A stretch of 64,000 nt of DNA from Myxococcales bacterium (GTDB lineage: Bacteria; Myxococcota_A; Polyangia; Polyangiales; JADJMO01). The stretch spans positions 8,949-72,948 of the forward strand of contig JAEUKC010000105.1 of the NCBI GenBank assembly GCA_016794445.1. The letters are read 5' to 3'. Each line of letters begins with the position of its first letter. Positions within the stretch are counted from its first letter, which is position 1. The notes beneath the pieces were generated by a model. The model was given only the letters and a program-made list of their open reading frames with translations, did not search any database and was not told where the DNA came from. A program made the position numbers and the translations under genes. Of the stretch, positions 1-9,639 are shown piece by piece.

Positions 1-1440
1 ATCCGCTGGACCGGCATGGAGCCGAGCAGCGAGTTCTCCGCGTTCATGCACCTCAACCGCGCCAAGAACGTCGACGAGGGCGTCAAGGCGCTCGAGGCGT
101 TCGAGGTCGGCGCGCAGAACTTCGTGCTGTCCGACTCGAGCGGCAACATCGCCTACACGACGCACTCGCTCGTGCCGACCCGCCCGGCCGGTTCGCTCGC
201 GTGGGACAAGAGCAAGGCGAGCGGCCAGCTCCCGTGCCTCGTGCTCCCCGGGGACGCCGGCCTCGAGTGGACGGGCCGGGTGGCGAACGGGCTCCTCCCC
301 CAGGCCAAGAACCCCGCGTGGGGCTACATCGGCACGGCCAACAGCGACCAGTACGGCCTCTCGTTCGACAACGACCCGAGCAACGGCCCGGTCTACCTCT
401 CCTGCACCTGGGACGTGGGCTTCCGCGAGGCGCGCGTGCGCGAGCGGCTCGACGCGAAGGAGAAGCTGTCGCTCGACGACCTGGCCTCCATCCAGGCCGA
501 CCACAAGAGCCCCCTCGGCAACCGGCTCACCAAGTTCTTCGTCGCCGCTCTGCAGCGCGCCGAGGACGCGCGTACGGGCGGCAAGGCCGCGCCCGACCTC
601 GACGGCGTGCTCAAGGACCCGCGCTACAAGGCCGAGCGCATGCAGTTCGTCCTCGCCGTGCTCAAGGCGTGGGGCGACAAGTACGGCTACGAGACCCCGG
701 CCGCGTTCGCCATCAACGGCGACCCGGAGCCCTCGACCGACGAGATCACCGCGAGCCAGGCCACGCTGATCTTCAACGCCGCCTTCGTCGCGCTGGAGAA
801 GCGCGTGATCGACGACGAGTGGAAGGCGATGGGTCGCCCCTCCTGGATGCACGACCTGCGGATCAAGGGCATCGTCCGCATCCTCGAGAAGCCCGAGGCG
901 CTCGCCACGGCGGATGCCAGCGGCGAGTCGATCCTGTGGGACGACATGACGACGCCCGACGTCGTGGAGACCCGCGACCAGCAGATCGTGCTCTCGCTCC
1001 TCCAGGGCCTCGACGGCATCGTCGCCAAGCTCGGCGACGACCCGGGCAAGTGGCGCTGGGGCGCCATGCACACCATCACGTTCACCTCGATGGTGCCGGG
1101 CACCGAGAGCGACCTCTCGATCCCGGACAAGTCGAAGGGCTATCCGAACGACGGCTTCCCGCGGCACGGCGACTGGCAGAACGTCGACCGCTCGGACCCG
1201 GGGCTGAACAACTTCGACTTCACCTACGACAGCGGCCCCGCGCAGCGGTTCGTCGCGAGCCTGGAGAAGTCGGCGCCGGTCGTCCGCAACGCGCTGCCCG
1301 GCGGCAACGTCTGGCGGCCGGACGACAAGTTCTTCGACAACGAGGTCGAGCTCTGGCGGCGCAACAAGAACGCGCCGATCGCCTTCATGCCCGGCGAGGT
1401 GGCCGGCAAGGCCCTCGAGCGCTGGGACCTCGTGCCCTGA
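1..1440 (+). CDS. Penicillin acylase family (peptidase S45, Ntn-hydrolase) protein, 5'-truncated by the window edge
   Basis: Frame is open from nt 1 (IRWTGMEP...). Beta-chain motifs QNFVLSDSSGNIAY, NPAWGYIGTAN, WRWGAMH and LPGGN are present. Confidence 0.85.
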   Translation: MRWTGMEPSSEFSAFMHLNRAKNVDEGVKALEAFEVGAQNFVLSDSSGNIAYTTHSLVPTRPAGSLAWDKSKASGQLPCLVLPGDAGLEWTGRVANGLLPQAKNPAWGYIGTANSDQYGLSFDNDPSNGPVYLSCTWDVGFREARVRERLDAKEKLSLDDLASIQADHKSPLGNRLTKFFVAALQRAEDARTGGKAAPDLDGVLKDPRYKAERMQFVLAVLKAWGDKYGYETPAAFAINGDPEPSTDEITASQATLIFNAAFVALEKRVIDDEWKAMGRPSWMHDLRIKGIVRILEKPEALATADASGESILWDDMTTPDVVETRDQQIVLSLLQGLDGIVAKLGDDPGKWRWGAMHTITFTSMVPGTESDLSIPDKSKGYPNDGFPRHGDWQNVDRSDPGLNNFDFTYDSGPAQRFVASLEKSAPVVRNALPGGNVWRPDDKFFDNEVELWRRNKNAPIAFMPGEVAGKALERWDLVP

Positions 1441-1483
1441 AGCTGGCTTGGCAGCGTGTGGCCGGCGCAGATACGGTGGCGTC

Positions 1484-2374
1484 ATGAGAACCTCCGCCGC
1501 GCTCGCGTCGGTCCTCCTCCTGTCGGCGTCGTGCGTCGTCGCGACGCGCCCTCCGCGCCCCGCTCCGTCGGGTGAGCCCGTCGCCGCCTCGAGTGGCGCG
1601 AGTGTCGAGGCCTCCGCCTCTACCTCGGCCTCCGGGTCCGTGGTCGTTGGCGTAGGGTCGCCCTCGACCATCGCCTCCTCCGCGGCGCCGGCGTCGACCC
1701 CAGCCACCACGACCCCGGCGCCCACGGCCTCGGCGACGACGGCCGGCCCGATCACGGACTGCCCGCCGACCTTCCAGCAGCTGCCCGACTCCACCCACGT
1801 CAAGGACCACCGGTGCGCCTGCAAGGCGTCCGATCCTCTCGGCACCCTGTACGGCTCCGGGCCGTTCAGCTCCGACTCGTCGATCTGCAAGGCGGCGCGC
1901 TACCTCGGCGAGATCGGCGACAAGGGCGGCGTGGTCACGGTGTCCGCGACGTCCGGCTGCGCGGCCTACCACGGCGGCACCGCGAACGGCGTCACGTCGC
2001 TCGCCTGGAGCGCGCACAAGGCGAGCTTCTACTTCCCGGCGAAGGGTGGCGCGGCGTGCACCGCCTGTCCGAACACCTTCAAGGACATCCCGGACGTGGA
2101 CAAGCTGCTCTCGTTCGATTGCACGTGCGGGGCCAAGCTACCCGAAGGCGGGGGCCTCTACGGCACGGGCATCTACACGACCGACTCGTCGATCTGCCTC
2201 GCGGCCAAGCACTCCGGAGTGATCAAGGGCGTGAGCGGCCTCATCACGGTCAAGAAGGCGCCCGGCTGCGGTAGCTACAAGGGCACGACGGCCAACGGGG
2301 TCACGAGCTCGAGCTGGGCGAGCTACCCGAAGAGCTTCTACGTGGCGGGCGGCGGCACCGGTACGTGCCCCTGA
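1484..2374 (+). CDS. Secreted lipoprotein with two LCCL-like domains
   Basis: Signal peptide ending LSASC and a Ser/Ala/Thr/Pro linker. Two repeats of LYG(S/T)Gx(F/Y)xxDSSICxAA...YxGxTANGVTSxxW follow, matching the LCCL signature. Confidence 0.8.
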   Translation: MRTSAALASVLLLSASCVVATRPPRPAPSGEPVAASSGASVEASASTSASGSVVVGVGSPSTIASSAAPASTPATTTPAPTASATTAGPITDCPPTFQQLPDSTHVKDHRCACKASDPLGTLYGSGPFSSDSSICKAARYLGEIGDKGGVVTVSATSGCAAYHGGTANGVTSLAWSAHKASFYFPAKGGAACTACPNTFKDIPDVDKLLSFDCTCGAKLPEGGGLYGTGIYTTDSSICLAAKHSGVIKGVSGLITVKKAPGCGSYKGTTANGVTSSSWASYPKSFYVAGGGTGTCP

Positions 2375-2383
2375 CCGCGAGGC

Positions 2384-3394
2384 TCAGCTGCCCCAGAACG
2401 CGAGCAGATCGGCGGGCGGCGGCGCCGTGATGGTGACGCGGGTGTTCGGGTCGCTCGGGTGCGGGAGGATGAGGCGCTCGGCGTGGAGGGCGTGGCGGGG
2501 GTGCTCGAGGCGGACGAGGTCTTCCGCGGTCAGCGTGCCGTCGGCGCCGCGGGCGAAGAGCTCGTCGTCGGGGCCGTAGAGCTTGTCGCCGACGAGCGGC
2601 GCGCCCTCGGCGGCGAGGTGCACGCGGATCTGGTGCTGGCGGCCGGTCTCGAGGTCGCAGGTCACCCATCCATATCGTCCTGATGGATGTCGGCGGACGA
2701 CGCGGAAGCGCGTGGCGGCGTCGAGCGCGCCCGCCTCGGCCGGGTCGGCGAGGCGCATCTTCACGCGCAGGCGGTGGCGCTCGTCGAGCATCATGGCGTG
2801 GGTGATGCGCGCCTCCTCCCAGGGCGGCAGGCCCACGGTGAGCGCGAGGTAGCGCTTCTCGACGATGCCGCGAGCCTCGAGCGCGCGCTTGACGAACCGC
2901 TCGGCGTCGCGGTCCTTGGCGAGCAAGAGGACGCCGCTCGTCTCGCGGTCGATGCGGTGACACAGGGCGAGCTTGTCGTGGGGGCGCGCCTTCTCGAGCA
3001 CCTTCACGACGGTGTGGTGGTGCCAGCGGGCGGTCGGGTGCACCGGCAGCCCGGGGGGCTTGTCGATGGCGAGGAGGCGCTCGTCCTCGTAGAGCACCGG
3101 GCACTCGAGCGGCACGTCGGCCTCCTCGAACGGCGGGCGGTAGAGCAGCACCACGTCGTCGAAGCGCACGCGGGCGCCCGAGCGCAGCTTGCGGCCGTCG
3201 GGGGCGAAGGCCCCGATGCGGATGACGCCTTGCGCGCGGGTGCGGCTCATGCGCGGGAACGTGGCGACCACCACGCGGTCGATCCGCCAGCGCGCCCACT
3301 CCCGGGGGATGCGCACCACGGTGAGCAGCGCCTCCGGGTCGACCCCGGGGGGCCGCGGATAGTCACCTTCGGCGGCAGCCAGCTTGTCTCGCAC
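2384..3394 (-). CDS. RluA/RluD-family pseudouridine synthase
   Basis: Motifs DKPPGLPVHP, catalytic HRIDRETSG, TGRQHQIRVHL, GDKLYG and ALHA. Confidence 0.93.
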   Translation of the reverse strand: MRDKLAAAEGDYPRPPGVDPEALLTVVRIPREWARWRIDRVVVATFPRMSRTRAQGVIRIGAFAPDGRKLRSGARVRFDDVVLLYRPPFEEADVPLECPVLYEDERLLAIDKPPGLPVHPTARWHHHTVVKVLEKARPHDKLALCHRIDRETSGVLLLAKDRDAERFVKRALEARGIVEKRYLALTVGLPPWEEARITHAMMLDERHRLRVKMRLADPAEAGALDAATRFRVVRRHPSGRYGWVTCDLETGRQHQIRVHLAAEGAPLVGDKLYGPDDELFARGADGTLTAEDLVRLEHPRHALHAERLILPHPSDPNTRVTITAPPPADLLAFWGS

Positions 3395-3441
3395 GCAGGG
3401 AAGGAGCCTAGCGTGGGCGGGTCGTGGTAGGAGGCCACCTC

Positions 3442-4500
3442 ATGGCCCGAGCCTCCGCTTCGTCCCTTCCTCCGCCCGCCGGGAGCCCTTTTCACCCGAG
3501 CGCGCTGCGCGTCGCGGTCGTCCAGGGGGGGCCCTCTTCGGAGGCCGAGGTGTCCCGGGTGTCGGCCGGTGCCGTCGCCGCCGCGCTCACCAGGAAGGGG
3601 CACGACGTCACCCGCCTCGAGTGCGACCAGAGCCTGCCCGCGCGCCTCCTCGAGGGCCGCTTCGACGTGGTGTTCCCCGTCGTGCACGGCGCCATCGGCG
3701 AGGACGGCGCGCTGCAGGGCCTGCTCGAGCTGCTCGCCCTGCCGTACGTCGGCGCGGGGGTGCTCGCGAGCGCGCTCGCCAACGACAAGGTGCAGGCCAA
3801 GGTGTGTTACCGCGCGGCCGGTCTGCCCGTGATCCCCGAGCTCGTGCTGCCGCGCGAGTCGGCGAGCGTCGAAGCCCACGCCATCGCGGTGATCGCGGCC
3901 CTCGGGAGCTCCGTCGTCGTCAAGCCGGCGACCCAGGGCTCGGGGCTCGGCGTCGGCATCCTGCGCAGCCTGGCGGGGGCGAGCGACCCGCGCCTCCTCG
4001 AGGCGCTCCAGAAGGCGTTCGCGCTCGACGCCAAGGTGCTCGTGGAGCGGTTCGCCGCGGGGCGCGAGATCACGTGCGGCGTGCTCGACGCGCACGGCGA
4101 GCCGGCCGTCGCCCTGCCCCCGACGGAGATCGAGGCCACCGCGGCCGACTGGTACGACTTCCAGTCGCGCTACGGCAGCGGCGGCTCGCGGCACTTCTGC
4201 CCCGCGCGCCTGCACCCGACCACGATCGCGCGGGTGCAAGAGGTCGCGCTCGCCGCCCACCGCGCCCTCGGCTGCCGCGATCTCTCGCGCTCCGACTTCG
4301 TGGTCGGCCCCGGCGAGGCCGACGCCGAGGTGTTCCTGCTCGAGACCAACACGATGCCCGGCATGACGGCGACCAGCCTCTACCCCGAGGCCGCGGGCGT
4401 GCACGGCGTGCCGTTCCCCGAGCTCGTCGACCGCTTCGCGCGCGGCGCGAAGGCCCGCGGCGTGGCCCAGCGCAACGCCGCAGAGCCCTTCCCCGCCTGA
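3442..4500 (+). CDS. ddl: D-alanine--D-alanine ligase
   Basis: Motifs GGPSSEAEVS, HGAIGEDGALQG, KPATQGSGLG and LETNTMPGMT. AGGAGG precedes the ATG at 3442. Confidence 0.92.
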   Translation: MARASASSLPPPAGSPFHPSALRVAVVQGGPSSEAEVSRVSAGAVAAALTRKGHDVTRLECDQSLPARLLEGRFDVVFPVVHGAIGEDGALQGLLELLALPYVGAGVLASALANDKVQAKVCYRAAGLPVIPELVLPRESASVEAHAIAVIAALGSSVVVKPATQGSGLGVGILRSLAGASDPRLLEALQKAFALDAKVLVERFAAGREITCGVLDAHGEPAVALPPTEIEATAADWYDFQSRYGSGGSRHFCPARLHPTTIARVQEVALAAHRALGCRDLSRSDFVVGPGEADAEVFLLETNTMPGMTATSLYPEAAGVHGVPFPELVDRFARGAKARGVAQRNAAEPFPA

Positions 4501-4559
4501 GCCCGCACTGACGCAGCGCTTCCTGCCCTCGCGCGCTCCGCCCCTGCTAGCGTCGAGGG

Positions 4560-6443
4560 GTGGCTGCAGCCGAGCCCACCCCCGACCCCGATCCTCTCGC
4601 CGGGGATCCACCGTCGTCCAAGACGGGGACGCGCGTGCGCACGCTCGCGGGGCTCGGGAGCATCGCGCCCCCGCCGCCGAGCGAGAAGTTCCACGCCGTC
4701 CGCGAGCCCAAGCCCTACCGGCCCGACGCCATCACGAGCCGGCGGTTCCTCAAAGCGTATTCGGTCACCTTCCTGGTCATCGCGAGCTATCTCTGGCTCA
4801 AGTTCAAGGCGCGGTTCTTCTTCGGCAGCGCGTGGGGCGATCGCGAGATCGTGGAGCTCCACAAGCGCAACGCGCGGCGCATCGAGCGCGCCCTCCTCGA
4901 GCTGCAGGGTCTGTTCATCAAGGTCGGCCAGCTCTTGTCGATCCTCGCGGGGTTCCTGCCGGCCGAGTTCCGCGAGGAGCTCGAGGGCATGCAGGACAAC
5001 GTGCCGCCACGGCCGTTCGCCGAGGTCGAGGCGCGCATCGTCAAGGAGCTCGGCCGCTCGCCCGACGAGCTGTTCGCCAAGTTCAACCGCACGCCGATCG
5101 CTTCTGCCTCCCTCGGGCAGGTGCACGAGGCCTTCCTCGCCGACGGCCGCCGCGTCGCGGTCAAGGTCCAGCACCACAACATCGAAGAGGTGGTGCGCCT
5201 CGACCTCATCACCATCCGCCAGATCGTGCGCATCGTGCAGTGGTTCGTGCCCGTCCACGGGCTCGACAACTACTACCGCGAGATCCGCCAGCTCATCCTC
5301 GAGGAGCTCGATTTCGCCCGCGAGGCGCGCAACATCACGCGCATCCGGCGCAACCTCGGCCTCGAGGGCGACGCAGCCAGCAGTGGCCCGGGGGGCGACG
5401 AGTCCATGGCCGGCATCGTCGACACGCCCGCCGTCGTCGAGGAGCTCTCCACCCAGCGCGTCCTCACCCTCACCTTCGTCGAGGGCGCGAAGGTCGGCGC
5501 GATCGAGCAGCTCGACGCGATGGGCATCGATCGCAAGGAGCTCGCCAAGCGCATCGTCCACGTGTTCTGCCGGATGATCTTCGTCGACGGCTGCTACCAC
5601 GCCGACCCGCACCCCGGGAACCTGCTCGTCCAGAAGGGCAAGGACTCGGGCGGCAAGCTCGTGCTCATCGACTTCGGCGCCGTCGCCGAGCTCTCGCCCA
5701 AGATGAAGGAGGGCATCCCCGAGTTCCTCGAGGGAGTGCTCCGCCGCGACACCGATCGCCTCATCAAGGCGATGAAGAAGATGGGCTTCCTCTCGCTCGG
5801 CAGCGACGAGGCGGTCGTCGAGAAGGTCATCGAGCACTTCCACCGCAAGTTCCAGGACGAGGTGAAGATCGAGTCCTTGAACCTGAAGGACATCAAGATC
5901 GACCCCCAGCGCGGGTTCGAGAACCTGATGGACCTGCGACAGATGAACGTCGGGCTCAAGGAGCTCTCGTCGTCGATCCACGTGCCCCGCGACTGGGTGC
6001 TCCTCGAGCGCACCCTGCTCCTGCTCGGCGGCACGTGCACGCAGCTCGACCCCGACATGAACCCGATGGGCGAGGTGCGGCCCTACCTCGAGAAGTTCGT
6101 GCTCGGCAACCGCGACTGGACCGCGATCGCCATCGAGGCCGTGCGCGACACGGCCCTGCGCGCCGTCGGGCTCCCCGAGGCCGTCGACCGCTACATCAAG
6201 AAAGCCGTGCGCGGCGAGCTCGAGGTGCGCGTGAAGGGCGTGCACGAGGGCTTCGACGCGCTGTACGCCCTCGGCCGCCAGGCCATGTACCTCGGCACGG
6301 CGCTCACGCTCGGCATCGTCGCGCTCTACCTGCACCTCGGCCTGCACCAGGACCGCCTCGCGCGGCCCGTCGCCTGGGGCGGCGGCGCCATGTTCGCGCT
6401 GTTCGTGCTCTCGTCGTTGCGGGGCGGCCCGCGACGGCGCTGA
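4560..6443 (+). CDS. AarF/UbiB (ABC1) atypical kinase family protein
   Basis: Motifs FIKVGQLLS, ASASLGQVH, VAVKVQ, HADPHPGN and IDFG, with C-terminal TM helices. Confidence 0.92.
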   Translation: MAAAEPTPDPDPLAGDPPSSKTGTRVRTLAGLGSIAPPPPSEKFHAVREPKPYRPDAITSRRFLKAYSVTFLVIASYLWLKFKARFFFGSAWGDREIVELHKRNARRIERALLELQGLFIKVGQLLSILAGFLPAEFREELEGMQDNVPPRPFAEVEARIVKELGRSPDELFAKFNRTPIASASLGQVHEAFLADGRRVAVKVQHHNIEEVVRLDLITIRQIVRIVQWFVPVHGLDNYYREIRQLILEELDFAREARNITRIRRNLGLEGDAASSGPGGDESMAGIVDTPAVVEELSTQRVLTLTFVEGAKVGAIEQLDAMGIDRKELAKRIVHVFCRMIFVDGCYHADPHPGNLLVQKGKDSGGKLVLIDFGAVAELSPKMKEGIPEFLEGVLRRDTDRLIKAMKKMGFLSLGSDEAVVEKVIEHFHRKFQDEVKIESLNLKDIKIDPQRGFENLMDLRQMNVGLKELSSSIHVPRDWVLLERTLLLLGGTCTQLDPDMNPMGEVRPYLEKFVLGNRDWTAIAIEAVRDTALRAVGLPEAVDRYIKKAVRGELEVRVKGVHEGFDALYALGRQAMYLGTALTLGIVALYLHLGLHQDRLARPVAWGGGAMFALFVLSSLRGGPRRR

Positions 6444-6477
6444 TGCGACATCGGGCGGCGGGCCTCGTCTCTCGGAC

Positions 6478-6924
6478 ATGAGCGCCACCCACCACGTCCA
6501 GGTCCTCGAGAACTCTGGCAAGACCGTCCGCCTCCGCGTCACCATCGTCCACGCCGACGAGCACGCGATCCCGCTGTTCCGCACCGCCCTCGCCTCCCTC
6601 CTCCTCGACTCCATCTCCGCCGCCGAGGAGGCCGGGCACCGGGTCTCCAAGGCCGCGCGCGACACCTACTCCGACGAGTTCGAGGACGACGACGAGGCCG
6701 CGGCGGTCGTGAAGGCGGTCCGACTGGTCGCCATCGAAGGTGGCAAGGTGCGCGCACAGAGCCCCACCCAGGGAGTGCGGTTCGGCAAGTCCAAGGGCGC
6801 GATCGTGGTCGAGCTCACGGCGCCGAAGGCGAGCCTGTTCACGCACCTCACGCCGGGCCTCGCGTGGGAGGGGGCACCGATCTTCCCGGAGATGGAGGAG
6901 GAGTGGCCGACGGACGAGGACTGA
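6478..6924 (+). CDS. Hypothetical protein
   Basis: 148-aa ORF with host-like GC3 codon bias. No recognisable motif. Confidence 0.6.
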   Translation: MSATHHVQVLENSGKTVRLRVTIVHADEHAIPLFRTALASLLLDSISAAEEAGHRVSKAARDTYSDEFEDDDEAAAVVKAVRLVAIEGGKVRAQSPTQGVRFGKSKGAIVVELTAPKASLFTHLTPGLAWEGAPIFPEMEEEWPTDED

Positions 6925-6935
6925 CCAGAGACGCA

Positions 6936-6963
6936 CTCGGCCGCCCGGGGGTGGGCGGCCGAG
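6936..6963. terminator. GC-rich hairpin between convergent genes (probable terminator)
   Basis: CTCGGCCGCCC, 6-nt loop, GGGCGGCCGAG form a perfect 11-bp stem. There is no strong U-tract. Confidence 0.55.
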
Positions 6964-6994
6964 CAGTCTTCAGGTGCGCCGCGCGTTCACGCGC

Positions 6995-7981
6995 TCACTT
7001 GCAGGCGCCGTCGACGCAGTCCTTGCCGTCGGTGCAGTCCGCCTTCTTGGTGCAGGCGGCGGTCAGCTCCTCGGGCCGACGGCAGAAGCCCTCGGTCTTG
7101 CTGCAGGCGCCGATGCGGGCGTCGAACTTCAGGCACTCGTCGTTGGTGCCGCAGAGCCGGCGGCAGAAGCCGTCGACGCACTTCTCCGTGCCGGTCGCGC
7201 AGCTCGCGTCACCCGTGCACTTGGTGTCGGGTCGGGTGTCCGGCACGCACGCGCCGCCGATGCAGCGCTGGCCCGGGTCGGGCTTGCCGTCGGCGCCGAG
7301 GCACTCGGTGTCGGCCGCGCAGCCCGCACTGCAACGCCCGTCGATGCACTTCTCGCCGGTCTTGCAAGTCTTGCCCGTGGTGCCGCCGCAGGTCGGCGTC
7401 GCCGAAGGCTTGCAGAAGCCCTTCGCGTCGCAGTCGAAGCCGGTCGCGCAGGCGGGGAGGCCCGCGCCGCACGCCGCCTCGCACTTGCTGTCGACGCAGA
7501 TCTTCCCGGTGTCGCACTCGCTCGAGTACTTGCAGGAGCAGCCCGCGCCCTCGCACTTGGGGATCTCGACGCACTTGCCGTCGACGCAGGCCGCCGCGGC
7601 CGAGAGCCCCGTGCAGTCGGCGCCGGTGGTGCAGGTGGTGGGGGTCGGGTCGACCTTGGGCGGCGAGCAGAAGCCCTTCTTGCAGATCAGGCCCTTCTCG
7701 CAGCTCGAGCTGTCGGCGCAGGGCACGAGGCAACCCGCCGAGGTGCAGACCTCGCCGGCCTTGCACGCGACGTCGCCCGCGTAGCCGCACGGGGTCGGCG
7801 TCTTGGGCACGACCGGGCGACACCCGAGGCTGTCGCACTCGTAGCAGCCCGTGTCGTCGCAGCGGTACTCGTCCGAAGCCGAGCTGCAGCCCGGGCCGGC
7901 GATGGCAGCGAAGGCGCCTGCCACGAGGACCGCAGCAGCGGTACCGAGCGACCAGGGCGAGACCGAGGAGCGATGCGACAT
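6995..7981 (-). CDS. Cys-rich secreted lipoprotein (myxobacterial-type disulfide repeats)
   Basis: ATG at 7981 is preceded by GGAGG. A hydrophobic signal ends AGPGC, followed by many C-x5-C-x5-C-x2-G-x-C units. Confidence 0.8.
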   Translation of the reverse strand: MSHRSSVSPWSLGTAAAVLVAGAFAAIAGPGCSSASDEYRCDDTGCYECDSLGCRPVVPKTPTPCGYAGDVACKAGEVCTSAGCLVPCADSSSCEKGLICKKGFCSPPKVDPTPTTCTTGADCTGLSAAAACVDGKCVEIPKCEGAGCSCKYSSECDTGKICVDSKCEAACGAGLPACATGFDCDAKGFCKPSATPTCGGTTGKTCKTGEKCIDGRCSAGCAADTECLGADGKPDPGQRCIGGACVPDTRPDTKCTGDASCATGTEKCVDGFCRRLCGTNDECLKFDARIGACSKTEGFCRRPEELTAACTKKADCTDGKDCVDGACK

Positions 7982-8165
7982 GGGAGAACCTCCGCTTCGA
8001 CAGTATTCACGTCCCGTGCCGTGCTGGCAAATGCGCGATTTGCCGATCGGCTCCCCCGGGAGTGGGCCTTTCTCGTCGCAGCTGGGCGTGAACTCCTGGC
8101 TACGGCGTGGGCGGGCGTTCACCCTGCGACCTTCACCCCCTTCTCCCGTGTTAGGCTGACCTGCC

Positions 8166-9131
8166 GTGATCGGGCACCCGTCGGAACCACCGTCGATCGA
8201 GCGCGACGACCGCGTGGACTCGGATCGTCCCACCAAGACGAAGACCGTGGTCACGGTGATCTCCGCGCCCACGCAGGTGGCCTCGCCCTCGAGCGCCGCG
8301 GCGTGTCTCGTCGTCATCTACGGCGCAGACCTCGGCAAGCGCATCGTGCTCGACGGCACGGCCATCGAGATGGGCCGCTCCGTGAAGTGCGACGTCACCA
8401 TCGACCAGGAGTCGGTGTCGCGCCGCCACGCGCGCCTGGCCTACGACGGCGGCCGCTACCGCCTCACCGATCTCGGCTCGACCAACGGCTCCTACGTCAA
8501 CGACGAGCTCACCAACGAGCGCCCGCTCAAGGACGGCGACCAGCTCAAGATCGGTCGCACGATCCTCAAGTTCATGACGGGCGACAACATCGAGGCCGCC
8601 TACCACGAAGAGATCTACAGGCTGATGACCTTCGATGGTCTCACCCAGATCCACAACAAGCGGCACTTCCACGACACCCTCGAGCGCGAGGTCTCGCGCA
8701 GCTCGCGCTACGATCGCCCGATGTCGCTCGTGGTGTTCGACATCGACCACTTCAAGCGCGTGAACGACACCCACGGCCACCTCGCGGGCGACGCGCTCCT
8801 GCGACAGCTCGCGGCGCTCGTCCGGTCGCGGATCCGCCGCGAGGACCTGTTCGCGCGCGTCGGCGGCGAGGAGTTCGCGGTGCTCCTGCCCGAGATCGAC
8901 GTGGCGGGCGCGGCCCAGTTCGCCGAGAAGATCCGCAAGGTGATCGAGGGCGCGACGTTCCACTTCGAGGACGTCAGCATCGGCGTCACGCTCAGCCTCG
9001 GGTGCGCGGAGCTGCGGGCGCCCTACAAGAACGGCGCCGACCTGTACAAGGCCGCGGACGACGCGCTCTACCAGGCCAAGCAGACCGGGCGGAACCGAGT
9101 CATGACGGACCCGGCCTCGCCGTCGACCTAG
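8166..9131 (+). CDS. FHA-GGDEF diguanylate cyclase
   Basis: FHA motifs (MGRS, VSRRHA, DLGSTNGSYVN). GGDEF domain has DIDHFKRVND, I-site RRED and active site GGEEF. Confidence 0.93.
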   Translation: MIGHPSEPPSIERDDRVDSDRPTKTKTVVTVISAPTQVASPSSAAACLVVIYGADLGKRIVLDGTAIEMGRSVKCDVTIDQESVSRRHARLAYDGGRYRLTDLGSTNGSYVNDELTNERPLKDGDQLKIGRTILKFMTGDNIEAAYHEEIYRLMTFDGLTQIHNKRHFHDTLEREVSRSSRYDRPMSLVVFDIDHFKRVNDTHGHLAGDALLRQLAALVRSRIRREDLFARVGGEEFAVLLPEIDVAGAAQFAEKIRKVIEGATFHFEDVSIGVTLSLGCAELRAPYKNGADLYKAADDALYQAKQTGRNRVMTDPASPST

Positions 9132-9187
9132 CGTCAGGCCTGCTCGTCGGGCTTGCACGCCGCCGCGACGCCTGTTCGCATGCGCCG

Positions 9188-9559
9188 ATGCGAATCGTCG
9201 TTGCCACACTCGCGCTCGTCCTGGTCACTGGATGCTCGGCCCCGAGCCCCGAGAAGGTCTGCAAGCACGTCATGGAGCTCGCCGAGAAGGACGGCGACAA
9301 GCCCTCCGAGAAGAAGCTCGACCGCTGCACCGAGAAGCTGACCAAGCTCAAGGACAAGGAGCCCGAGCAATACAAGTGCATGGCGCCGTGCGCGGCCGAC
9401 GCCAAGTCCCTCGACGGCCTCAGGGACTGCGAGAAGAAGTGCAAGAAGGACGACAAGAAGAAGGGTGACGACGACGACGACAAGGGCTCGAAGAAGAAGA
9501 AGTCGGGCGACGACGACGACGACAAGGGCTCGAAGAAGAAGAAGACCGACGACGACTGA
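9188..9559 (+). CDS. Small Cys-containing lipoprotein with Lys/Asp-rich tail
   Basis: MRIVVATLALVLVTG-C lipobox, six further Cys, and a repeated DDDDDKGSKKKK tail. Confidence 0.75.
   Translation: MRIVVATLALVLVTGCSAPSPEKVCKHVMELAEKDGDKPSEKKLDRCTEKLTKLKDKEPEQYKCMAPCAADAKSLDGLRDCEKKCKKDDKKKGDDDDDKGSKKKKSGDDDDDKGSKKKKTDDD
9467..9544 (+). repeat. Exact 36-bp direct repeat x2 (period 42) within the CDS
   Basis: GACGACGACGACGACAAGGGCTCGAAGAAGAAGAAG at 9467-9502 and 9509-9544. Confidence 0.9.
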
Positions 9560-9639
9560 GCCTCGGGCGCGGGCCGGTCAGCGTCCGTCTCGTCGGCCGT
9601 TCGTGGAGGGGGCCGAGGCTTCGCTCCACGTCGTCTCGC

